A DNA stretch of 62,915 nucleotides, the filler included, from Candidatus Tectimicrobiota bacterium (GTDB lineage: Bacteria > JACPSX01), in the NCBI GenBank assembly GCA_016193065.1. It is 5 parts of 5 records of this genome, joined end to end, with 100 filler letters (N's around TTAATTAATTAA, not from the genome) between each part and the next. Parts side by side here need not be neighbours in the genome. Positions count along the whole stretch, not along the records: positions 1 to 6,012 come from JACPSX010000134.1; positions 6,113 to 28,450 come from JACPSX010000058.1; 3 more parts are not named here. The stretch is one strand, 5' to 3'. Position 1 is the first letter of the stretch, and the number at the start of each line of letters is the position of its first letter. Made by a program: the position numbers and the translations under genes. The notes under the pieces are model-generated. The model was not told the DNA's origin and searched no databases. It saw only the letters and a list, made by a program, of their open reading frames with translations. Below are positions 1 through 7,732 of the stretch, one piece after another.

Positions 1-2
1 AC

Positions 3-1877
3 TTGAGCCACATCAACCGTCTCGTGTACCGGCACACCGGCAGGTTCATGCTCCTGGACCTGGCCACCCAGAGGCACCTGGAGCTGGTTTCCTCGGCCAT
101 CGACGGCTCCTCGCGAGGGACCCTTCTTTCTGTTCTGGACCTCACCCGCACGGCCATGGGAGGCCGCAAGCTCCGGCACTGGATCTTGTTTCCCCTTCTC
201 GATCTATCCGAAGTCGGCGCCCGCCACGAGGCTGTGGAAGAACTGGTCGAAGACTTCCCCCGGCGCCGGGAAATCCGCAGCCATCTCGAGGCCATCCATG
301 ACTTCGAGCGGATTGTGAGCCGGGCCAACCTGGGAACCGTTAATGCCCGGGAACTATTGGCCTTGCGCAACTCGCTTAAAGTGTTCCCTGAGCTCCACCG
401 CTTTCTGATTCCGGCCCGCTTTCCGTTGCTAAAAGGAATGGGCGGCCGCTGGGACGATTGCACGGACCTGCACGGATTGCTCTCTACCGCGCTGGCCGAA
501 GATCCGCCGCTCACGCTTAGAGAAGGCGGTCTGATCCGGGAGGGCTACCACGCGGAATTGGACGAACTGCGCCACATCCGGCAGGAGGGCCGGGGGTGGA
601 TCGCCCGGATCGAGGCCAACGAGCGCACCCGCACCGGCATCTCTTCGCTCAAGGTGCGCCACAACAAAGTCTTCGGCTACTACATTGAGGTGACCAACAA
701 GTACCGTGACGCCGTTCCGGCAGACTACATCCGCAAGCAGACCCTGGTGGGTGCCGAACGCTTCATCACTCCTGAACTAAAGGAATATGAGGCCAAGGTC
801 CTGGGCGCGGAAGATCGGGCCCGGACCCTGGAATACGAAATCTTCCAGGAGATCCGCCTGCACGTGTCTGCCTGCACCCGCCGGCTCCAGGAGATGGGCG
901 GGATGATTGCCGAGCTGGATGTCCTGGCGAGCCTGGCGGAAGTCGCTCACAGCCGCCATTACACCCGCCCCACCATGACCCATGGAGACGCCCTGGAGAT
1001 CCGGCAGGGGCGCCACCCGGTCGTGGAGGCCGAGGGAACGGACGCACAGTTCATCCCCAACGACACTTTCCTCGACCCGAAAAGCCAGCAGATTGTCCTG
1101 CTCACGGGTCCCAACATGGCCGGCAAATCGACCTACCTGCGGCAGGTGGCCCTCATCACGCTGATGGCCCACATGGGCGGCTTCGTCCCCGCAGAGGAAG
1201 CAACCATCCCCCTCGTAGACCGGATCTTCACCCGGGTCGGAGCCCAGGATTATCTCATCAAAGGGCAAAGCACGTTCATGGTGGAGATGAGCGAGGCGGC
1301 CAACATCCTCCACAACGCCACCCCGAAAAGCCTGGTGATCCTGGACGAGATCGGCCGCGGCACCAGCACCTACGATGGCCTGAGCATTGCCTGGGCCATG
1401 GTGGAGTACCTGCACAACGAGGAAGGGAAGCAAGCCAAGACCCTGTTTGCGACCCACTACCATGAGCTCACGGAACTCTCCTCCCTATTCTCCAGAGTGC
1501 AGAATTTCACCTTCGCGGTCCGGGAATGGAAGGACCAGATTGTTTTCCTGCGCCGCCTGATTCCAGGCGGAGCGGACCGCAGCTATGGAATTCAGGTAGC
1601 CCGTCTGGCCGGGATCCCGCTCCCGGTCATTGCCCGCGCCAAAGAGGTTCTGGCCGGCCTTGAAGCCGCAGACGGGAAGAAACGCAGGCTTTCACCCGGC
1701 AGGTCCAAGGGCGGGAAAGAGCGCGAAGATGTCGAACAGCTTTCCCTGTTCAGTTCCGCTCCCGGGTCCTTGTTTGGGGAGATCCTGAGCCTGGACGTCG
1801 ATCGCCTGACCCCGGTGGAGGCACTGAACATCCTGAGCCAGTTGAAAGCCAAAGCCCAAGAACTGCGAGGAAGCTAA
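3..1877 (+). CDS. mutS: DNA mismatch repair protein MutS (5'-truncated at window edge)
   Basis: Walker A LTGPNMAGKSTYLRQ, GQSTFMVEM, LDEIGRGTSTYDG, FATHYHEL, SYGIQVARLAG; C-terminal beta-clamp motif QLSLF. Confidence 0.98.
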   Translation: MSHINRLVYRHTGRFMLLDLATQRHLELVSSAIDGSSRGTLLSVLDLTRTAMGGRKLRHWILFPLLDLSEVGARHEAVEELVEDFPRRREIRSHLEAIHDFERIVSRANLGTVNARELLALRNSLKVFPELHRFLIPARFPLLKGMGGRWDDCTDLHGLLSTALAEDPPLTLREGGLIREGYHAELDELRHIRQEGRGWIARIEANERTRTGISSLKVRHNKVFGYYIEVTNKYRDAVPADYIRKQTLVGAERFITPELKEYEAKVLGAEDRARTLEYEIFQEIRLHVSACTRRLQEMGGMIAELDVLASLAEVAHSRHYTRPTMTHGDALEIRQGRHPVVEAEGTDAQFIPNDTFLDPKSQQIVLLTGPNMAGKSTYLRQVALITLMAHMGGFVPAEEATIPLVDRIFTRVGAQDYLIKGQSTFMVEMSEAANILHNATPKSLVILDEIGRGTSTYDGLSIAWAMVEYLHNEEGKQAKTLFATHYHELTELSSLFSRVQNFTFAVREWKDQIVFLRRLIPGGADRSYGIQVARLAGIPLPVIARAKEVLAGLEAADGKKRRLSPGRSKGGKEREDVEQLSLFSSAPGSLFGEILSLDVDRLTPVEALNILSQLKAKAQELRGS

Positions 1878-1879
1878 GA

Positions 1880-3049
1880 GTGGAACTCTCCTGCCCTCAG
1901 TGCGCCACTCGTTACCGAGCGAGCGAGGAAAAAATCCCCCCCGGAGGGGGGAAAGTCCGCTGCCCCAAATGCGAGGCCATGATCGTCATCGATCCTCAAA
2001 CGGTTGCCCCCGGTGCCCAGGAGTCCCTCGCAGAACCGGAAGGAAAGCCCCCGGAAGAGATTCTCTCCGAAGAGACTGCGGACACGGAGAGCGTCAGTGC
2101 CGAGCCAGGAGAAAGCGCTCAGGAAGTCCAGCCGGAAGGCGATGCCGTTGCCGTCGCACCGGATGTGGCGGGAGCTCCTTCGGCTGGGGCAGGCGAGGAG
2201 ACGGATTTCCTGTCCTCTTCTCTCGCGGAGCAAGAAGAGCAACAGGACGAAGCCGGAACGATCCCTGCGCCTCCCGCCACCGCGCAGGAAGAACCACGGG
2301 AAGAAGAGGGAGAGCCCTCCGAACCTCCCCTGGCAGTGCAGGAAGAAGGACAGAAAGCAGATAGTGTGTCCCTCTCCCTGGCGGAGGAGCTCCCCCCGGA
2401 AGAGCCAGCCCTGCGGCAGGAGCCTGAAGAAGAAAAAACGGGGCATACCCGCGCCGGGATGAGGAGGTGGGCGAAACGCTTCAAGGATCGACTCCCGCGC
2501 GGCGGCCGGATTCCGAGACCTCTTGGATTGGGCCTGGCCGCCGCTTTCCTGGCCGCTGTGGCAGTCATCCTGTGGCAGTCCGCGCCGACTCGCGGTCCCC
2601 AGGCGCCGGCCCAGAGGATGACATCTTCTCCGTCCGGCCAGCCTCCTGCTTCTTCCGTCCCTCCCAGCAGTCCCCAGCAGCCTTTGCCCCCGGGGAAAGA
2701 ACCGGCCCTCACCCAGCCTCCGGAATCCCTTCCTGTGACTCCCGCGGGTCCTCTCTATCCGCTGGAGCCGTTTCTGGTCCCCTTGACGACCGGGGCCAAA
2801 GAGGATCGCTTCCTGAAAGTGACCATGGCCCTGGAGCTCTCCAGCGGACAGGTCTCCCTCGAGCTTGACGACAGGCTGACCACGGTTCGAGAACAGGTCC
2901 TGGCGGTCTTGAATTCCCGGACTCTGTCCTCGTTTCTGAACCTGGAAGGCAAGAACCAGCTTCGCAGCGACCTGATCCGGTCCATAAACCAGCAACTGTC
3001 CACGGGCGCGGTTCGCAATCTTTACTTCACCGAGTTTATCGTTCTCTAG
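1880..3049 (+). CDS. Zinc-ribbon (MJ0042-finger-like) protein with acidic linker, TM helix and C-terminal FliL-like domain
   Basis: N-term CPQC...KVRCPKC; Glu/Pro-rich linker; TM LGLGLAAAFLAAVAVILW; C-term YPLEPFLVPL...RFLKVTMALE...EGKNQLRSDLIRSIN...VRNLYFTEFIV typical of FliL. Confidence 0.8.
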   Translation: MELSCPQCATRYRASEEKIPPGGGKVRCPKCEAMIVIDPQTVAPGAQESLAEPEGKPPEEILSEETADTESVSAEPGESAQEVQPEGDAVAVAPDVAGAPSAGAGEETDFLSSSLAEQEEQQDEAGTIPAPPATAQEEPREEEGEPSEPPLAVQEEGQKADSVSLSLAEELPPEEPALRQEPEEEKTGHTRAGMRRWAKRFKDRLPRGGRIPRPLGLGLAAAFLAAVAVILWQSAPTRGPQAPAQRMTSSPSGQPPASSVPPSSPQQPLPPGKEPALTQPPESLPVTPAGPLYPLEPFLVPLTTGAKEDRFLKVTMALELSSGQVSLELDDRLTTVREQVLAVLNSRTLSSFLNLEGKNQLRSDLIRSINQQLSTGAVRNLYFTEFIVL

Positions 3050-3069
3050 GCCGGGGAGGGGAGTTAAAG

Positions 3070-3096
3070 TTGCGAGGAGGGGATACCTGGTATAAT
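3070..3096 (+). promoter_or_regulatory. Putative sigma70 promoter with extended -10 (TG-N-TATAAT)
   Basis: TTGCGA at 3070-3075, TGG-TATAAT at 3088-3096, upstream of a purine-rich RBS and ATG 3120. Confidence 0.55.
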
Positions 3097-3119
3097 CTTA
3101 AGGAAGGAAAGGGGTAATC

Positions 3120-3278
3120 ATGTCTTCCCGGTTCGTCGAAATCGTTATTTACCTGATCCTGGCGTTTGTGTTTCTCATCCTGGGGCTCAACTCCGACCAG
3201 GGCAGCATCCAACTGCTCCTCTTCCTGCTGACGGCCCTTTTCTTCTTCGCCATGTTCCGGCCCCGGCAGAGCTCGTAA
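3120..3278 (+). CDS. Small (52 aa) two-helix membrane protein, not in the ORF track
   Basis: MSSRFVEIVIYLILAFVFLILGLNSDQGSIQLLLFLLTALFFFAMFRPRQSS*; preceded by AAGGAAGGAAAGGGG RBS and TATAAT. Confidence 0.65.
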   Translation: MSSRFVEIVIYLILAFVFLILGLNSDQGSIQLLLFLLTALFFFAMFRPRQSS

Positions 3279-3309
3279 TCGCGTGCGGCGAGAAGGCTGA
3301 AGAGATGCG

Positions 3310-3456
3310 AGACCGGGGTGCCCCTTGGGGCTCCAGTAAACTTTTGCACGAGGGGGCGATTTAGGATCGGTTGCTTTTCGCGTGCGGAGAGGTCAGGTCT
3401 CCGGGGGTGCGGCGCCTGCAAAACTTTAAGTCGCCCTACGGGGCACACCCGGTCTC
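3310..3456. repeat. Intergenic element bounded by imperfect inverted repeats, with partial copies at 32464-32501 and 52999-53143
   Basis: GAGACCGGG-GTGCCCC ... GGGGCAC-A-CCCGGTCTC; AAAACTwTAArTCGCCCTACGGGGCACACCCGGTCTC recurs at ~32465. Confidence 0.7.
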
Positions 3457-3478
3457 TTCTGGCAACCCCGTTAAGGTT

Positions 3479-3720
3479 GCCTGCGGGGGTTACCTTCTCG
3501 GAGGAGAAAGCACCGAGGGGACTGTCCTTCCGTCCGGAGCGAAACTGCCGGGAGCAGCGGGGGAACCCACCGGGAGCGGCCAGGGAAGGGAAACCGCGCA
3601 GCCAAGACGCGCTTGCAGATAGCTGAAGCATTTAACGGGGCGGTAGCGGAGGGTTCCCACCCTGGGCGCCCCGTAAGGGTCCGTTGCGGGAGGCGTGGAG
3701 CGTAGGGCGGAAGACAGTCA
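3479..3720 (+). ncRNA. Dispersed ~240-nt structured element, copy A (putative ncRNA or non-autonomous mobile element)
   Basis: Aligns end to end by eye with 28208-28450 (-) and 40017-40256 (+); nested inverted repeats with covariation. Confidence 0.7.
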
Positions 3721-3744
3721 CTTGCTACAAGTCCGTAATGGGTA

Positions 3745-3773
3745 TTGACAGAACGGGTCCGATCGGGTAATAG
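3745..3773 (+). promoter_or_regulatory. Putative sigma70 promoter for tRNA-Met/tilS/hpt
   Basis: TTGACA 3745-3750, 17-nt spacer, TAATAG 3768-3773, 13 nt before the tRNA. Confidence 0.45.
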
Positions 3774-3786
3774 GAAGAACCTTCGT

Positions 3787-3863
3787 GGCGGTGTAGCTCA
3801 GCTGGTTAGAGCATGCGGCTCATATCCGCAGTGTCCGGGGTTCAAGTCCCTGCACCGCCACCA
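3787..3863 (+). tRNA. tRNA-Met (CAU), most likely elongator
   Basis: Acceptor GGCGGTG/CACCGCC, D-arm TAGCTCAGCTGGTTAGAGC, anticodon arm TGCGG-CTCATAT-CCGCA, T-loop GTTCAAGTC, encoded CCA. Confidence 0.95.
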
Positions 3864-3879
3864 ACTCATCCTTAGGATC

Positions 3880-5307
3880 ATGCCATTCTCCGCGTTTCTG
3901 GAGAAAGTGTTCCGGACCATCACCCGCCATGGGCTTGTCGTCCGCGGCGACCGGGTCCTCGTGGCCGTCTCCGGCGGACCGGACTCCATGGCTTTGCTGG
4001 AAAGCCTCTACCTGCTGCGAGAAAGGCTCTCCATAAGCCTCTCCGTAGCCCATCTCGACCACGCGCTGCGCGGATCTGAATCTGCGAGAGACGCCCGTTT
4101 CGTGCAGTCCGAGGCAGAGAAGCGCGGGCTGCCTTTCGTTGGTGGAAAAGAAGACGTCATTGCCTTCCGCAAAACCCGGCGCTGCTCCCTTGAGGAGGCG
4201 GCCCGAGAAGTCCGCTACCGCTTTCTTCGGGACTCGGCCGCCTCTCTGGGAGCGCAACGGATCGCACTGGGACACACGGCCAGCGACCAGGCCGAAACGG
4301 TTCTCCTAAATCTCTTGCGGGGAAGCGGCCGCCGGGGGCTGGCCGGCATGCCGGCTGTCCGCCAGGGCGTCTGGATCCGTCCTCTGCTGAACTGCCTGCG
4401 AGCCGAGGTGGAGGACTTTCTGAAGGAGCAGGGAATCCCTTTTGTCCTGGATCCGACAAACGCACTGCGGGTGTACCGGAGAAACCGGATCCGGCACGAC
4501 CTCCTGCCGAAGATGGAAGAAGAGTTTGGTCCGGGCGTGACCCGGGCTTTGGCCCGCAGCGCAGAACTTTTGGCGAGGGAAGAAGAATTTCTGGAAGCCC
4601 GGGCCCGAGAGGCCCTAAGAGATGTGGCGCAGGAAAATTTCACTCGGGGAATCGCGCTGCGCCTGGAAAAGCTCCAACACTATCCTCTGCCAATTCGCAG
4701 CCGGGTCCTGCGCCTGGCCGCCGGAGAGGCAGGGCTGCTCGGGGCGCTGACGTTCAGGCAGGTGGAAAGTCTCCTGAATCTCGCCGGAGGCACGGATCCC
4801 AGCGGGGAAGTGGCCCTGCCCCGAGGCCTCAGGGCGCAGCGGGAGTACGGCCTCCTGCACATCACTGTGCCTGTAAACACGCCGGAGAACGTCGAGCCCT
4901 CCGAGCTGCCAATGCCGGGAGTGCTGGAACTCCCCTGGTGCCGGACTCGCCTGATCGTCTCCCTGGTGGAGAGAGGAACAACGGACTTATCCCAATTGAC
5001 CGCCATGGAGGCTCTCTTTGACGCCGAGGCGCTGGTCTACCCCTTACGAGTGAGAAATCGGGCTCCCGGAGACCGATTTGAGCCTCTGGGGGGACCCGGA
5101 GGGAAAAAGCTGAAAGAGTATTTCATCGACGAAAAGATTCCCCGCCGGCGGCGTGATTTCATCCCGCTGGTCCTTAGCGGGGAGCGCATCCTCTGGGTGG
5201 TCGGGCGCCGCCTCTCTTCCTGGGCTCGGCCGACCGGGAGAACCCGGCACCTGCTAAGGATCCGCGCCGAGATCATGGACACGGCAGTCTCAGGAGACGG
5301 GAAATGA
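3880..5307 (+). CDS. tilS: tRNA(Ile)-lysidine synthetase
   Basis: VAVSGGPDSMALL PP-loop, HLDHALRG, EEAAREVRY, GHTASDQAET, RNRIRH, C-terminal TilS_C; start moved to ATG 3880 downstream of the tRNA. Confidence 0.96.
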   Translation: MPFSAFLEKVFRTITRHGLVVRGDRVLVAVSGGPDSMALLESLYLLRERLSISLSVAHLDHALRGSESARDARFVQSEAEKRGLPFVGGKEDVIAFRKTRRCSLEEAAREVRYRFLRDSAASLGAQRIALGHTASDQAETVLLNLLRGSGRRGLAGMPAVRQGVWIRPLLNCLRAEVEDFLKEQGIPFVLDPTNALRVYRRNRIRHDLLPKMEEEFGPGVTRALARSAELLAREEEFLEARAREALRDVAQENFTRGIALRLEKLQHYPLPIRSRVLRLAAGEAGLLGALTFRQVESLLNLAGGTDPSGEVALPRGLRAQREYGLLHITVPVNTPENVEPSELPMPGVLELPWCRTRLIVSLVERGTTDLSQLTAMEALFDAEALVYPLRVRNRAPGDRFEPLGGPGGKKLKEYFIDEKIPRRRRDFIPLVLSGERILWVVGRRLSSWARPTGRTRHLLRIRAEIMDTAVSGDGK

Positions 5308-5852
5308 GCAACGAGTGGGAAGTCTTAATCAGCGCAGAGGCCCTGCAGCGGCGGGTTCGGGAGCTGGGTGAAGCAATCTCCCGTGACTATGCAGGCCGGG
5401 AGCCTCTGCTCGTGGGGATACTGCGGGGCGCCTGGGTTTTTCTAGCCGATCTGGTCCGCTGCATCTCCATCCCCATCCGCTGTGACTTCATGGGAGTGTC
5501 CAGCTACGGTCCCCAGACGGAAAGCCAGGGGCTGGTTCGGATCACCTCGGACCTGAGCGAGCCGGTCACGGGCCAAGACCTCCTCGTGGTGGAGGACATC
5601 GTGGACACGGGTCTCACCATTGATTACCTGCTCCGCAACCTGTCCGCCCGCCGCCCCCGGACCCTGAAAATCTGCACATTACTCAACAAACCGGACCGCC
5701 GCCGGGTGGAAATCCCCCTGGATTACGTGGGCTTCAACATTCCCAGCTGTTTTGTCATTGGCTACGGTCTCGATTACAACCAGCATCATCGAGAGCTCCC
5801 TTTCATTGCCACTCTCCCTCCCTCCGCCCTCTCTGTCAGTCCACCGGGATGA
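5304..5852 (+). CDS. hpt: Hypoxanthine phosphoribosyltransferase
   Basis: LVVEDIVDTGLT PRPP motif, FVIGYGLDY; tilS-hpt synteny. Confidence 0.96.
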   Translation: MSNEWEVLISAEALQRRVRELGEAISRDYAGREPLLVGILRGAWVFLADLVRCISIPIRCDFMGVSSYGPQTESQGLVRITSDLSEPVTGQDLLVVEDIVDTGLTIDYLLRNLSARRPRTLKICTLLNKPDRRRVEIPLDYVGFNIPSCFVIGYGLDYNQHHRELPFIATLPPSALSVSPPG

Positions 5853-6012
5853 CCTCATGAATGCCGTTCCCCAATCGGCGGAGAAAGCCCTTGCGGGGAG
5901 GATTTGTTATTGTCAAACAACCAGGGCTATGTTACACTCCATGCGGGAGTTACTCTAAGGAGAGCCAATTATTTTCGGGACTTAGAGAAACTCTCCAAAG
6001 ACCCATGGCAAG

Positions 6013-6112
6013 NNNNNNNNNNNNNNNNNNNNNNNNNNNNNNNNNNNNNNNNNNNNTTAATTAATTAANNNNNNNNNNNNNNNNNNNNNNNNNNNNNNNN
6101 NNNNNNNNNNNN
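6013..6112. other. Artificial contig-joining gap
   Basis: 100 nt of N with central TTAATTAATTAA six-frame stop linker. Confidence 0.97.
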
Positions 6113-6322
6113 AAGACGTCCCGGAGATGGAGTCGATGTCCCTCTTGCCACAATGCGTGGCATCATAGCACAGGGGTCGGAATCCGGGTGAAATCCTGGG
6201 GAGTCTGAGTCATCAAATTGATGAAAACAGCCCATGTCACCAGAAATTTGAGGCAGGTATTGTGATTTTAAAAAGGGTTCAACGTAGGGAAACCGATTCC
6301 ACTACCTCCCGGAGGAGGCACT

Positions 6323-7732
6323 GTGGGCAAGCATCGCATCCGCCTGCAGCCTGGTGATCGAGTCGCCATCGTCGGCGGGGGGCCAGCGGGGAGCCTCTTT
6401 GCAATCCAGCTTCTGCAGAAGGCCCGGGCTCTTCACTTACCGCTGGAAGTCACGATCCTGGACAGCAAGTCTTTCCTCTCAACAGGTGGAAAAGGGTGCA
6501 ATATGTGTGCGGGGGTGGTCGGGGCAAGTTTCCTAGACCATCTGAAGGAACTGGGAATTCCCTTGGACCCGGCCATCATCCAGCAGGAAGTCGCCGGCTA
6601 TTCTCTGAACGGGCCTTCCCTGTCCGCCTTTGTCAAGGGCGAAAAGGAACAAGAGATCGCCACCCTTTTCCGAGGCGCAGGGCCCGGTCACGGTCGCGAG
6701 GTTCTTCATCCCGGCAGCTTCGATTATTTCCTCCTGCAAAGGGCCCAGGAAGAGGGTGCGCGGTACCTGAACTGGCGGATTGATCACCTCGAGTTTGGAA
6801 TCGGCCCGGAAGGACTCTGCCGTTTGCACGGAAAGGGGAAAAGTCAGGAATACACGGCGGCTCTGGTCGTAGGGGCCTTCGGAGTCATGAGTGGGATCCA
6901 CAAAGCCTTCTCTTTCGGCTACCGCCGGCCGCGAACCTGGCACGCCTGCCAGGCCGAACTGTATCTCCCTCGTGATCCTCCCCGGATGCGCTACAGTCGT
7001 CTGATCCACATATTCACCAGCAAAGATCCTCACCTGAGGTTTGTGGCTTTCACACCCAAGGGTCCTTACCTAACCGTAACGGGGATTGGCAAACACGTGA
7101 TGATCGCAGACTTGAGGAAAGAGATTGAGGAGAATCTCTCCATACAATTTTGCCTGCCGAAGCAATGGGAAATCGCCTGTCACTGCCACCCCCAGGTTCC
7201 CATCACGACTTGCCGGAAGCCCTACGACGACCGGGTCGTGATCATCGGAGACGCCTGCGTCTCGCGCTACTTGAAGAGCGGCATCGAGTCGGCTTATTGG
7301 ACGGCCCGTTACGCCGCCGAGGCGGCCCTGAAACATGGGGTGGACAGGTCCTCCCTGCAGCGCCATTACTTCTGGCGCTGTCTGGCCACCTTTGCTTTTG
7401 ATAACCTGTGCGGCAAACTCTTCTTCGGACTCTATCACTTCATTTCCCGGAGGCCCTTGCTGGCCCGGGGATTTATCCAAGCGGTGCGCCGGGAGCAGCA
7501 CCTGAAACTGAGGAGAAACCGTCCCGTCTCCCAGGTTCTTTGGCATCTCTTTACGGGGGATTCCCCATACCGGAGCATTATCCTGCTTGCTCTTAACCCC
7601 AGAGTTGTCCTAAGATTTCTGCGAGGAATTTTCCTGGCCCGGGTCCGAATCAGAGGCCGTACCAGCAGATCTCGAAACCGAAAGCTGGATAATACACGGA
7701 AGGTTCCGGAGAGAAGCGTACATCATGGTTGA
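6323..7732 (+). CDS. FAD-dependent oxidoreductase (geranylgeranyl-reductase-like fold)
   Basis: VAIVGGGPAG Rossmann motif, GCNMCAG, VIIGDA...SGIESA; RBS GGAGGAGG before GTG. Confidence 0.8.
   Translation: MGKHRIRLQPGDRVAIVGGGPAGSLFAIQLLQKARALHLPLEVTILDSKSFLSTGGKGCNMCAGVVGASFLDHLKELGIPLDPAIIQQEVAGYSLNGPSLSAFVKGEKEQEIATLFRGAGPGHGREVLHPGSFDYFLLQRAQEEGARYLNWRIDHLEFGIGPEGLCRLHGKGKSQEYTAALVVGAFGVMSGIHKAFSFGYRRPRTWHACQAELYLPRDPPRMRYSRLIHIFTSKDPHLRFVAFTPKGPYLTVTGIGKHVMIADLRKEIEENLSIQFCLPKQWEIACHCHPQVPITTCRKPYDDRVVIIGDACVSRYLKSGIESAYWTARYAAEAALKHGVDRSSLQRHYFWRCLATFAFDNLCGKLFFGLYHFISRRPLLARGFIQAVRREQHLKLRRNRPVSQVLWHLFTGDSPYRSIILLALNPRVVLRFLRGIFLARVRIRGRTSRSRNRKLDNTRKVPERSVHHG

Noticed and set aside
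3479-3720. Structured element as a group I intron, SRP RNA or RNase P RNA
   Set aside because: AAACCGCGCAGCCAAG loosely recalls a group I Q motif, but no R/S (P7) pairing or interrupted host gene is seen; SRP and RNase P signature motifs are absent
3745-3879. N-terminal extension of the tilS ORF
   Set aside because: It runs through the tRNA gene; the real start is ATG 3880
6013-6112. TTAATTAATTAA palindromes within N runs (also 28451-28550, 39917-40016, 55284-55383)
   Set aside because: Identical 100-nt artificial linkers; not biological, and gene adjacency across them is meaningless
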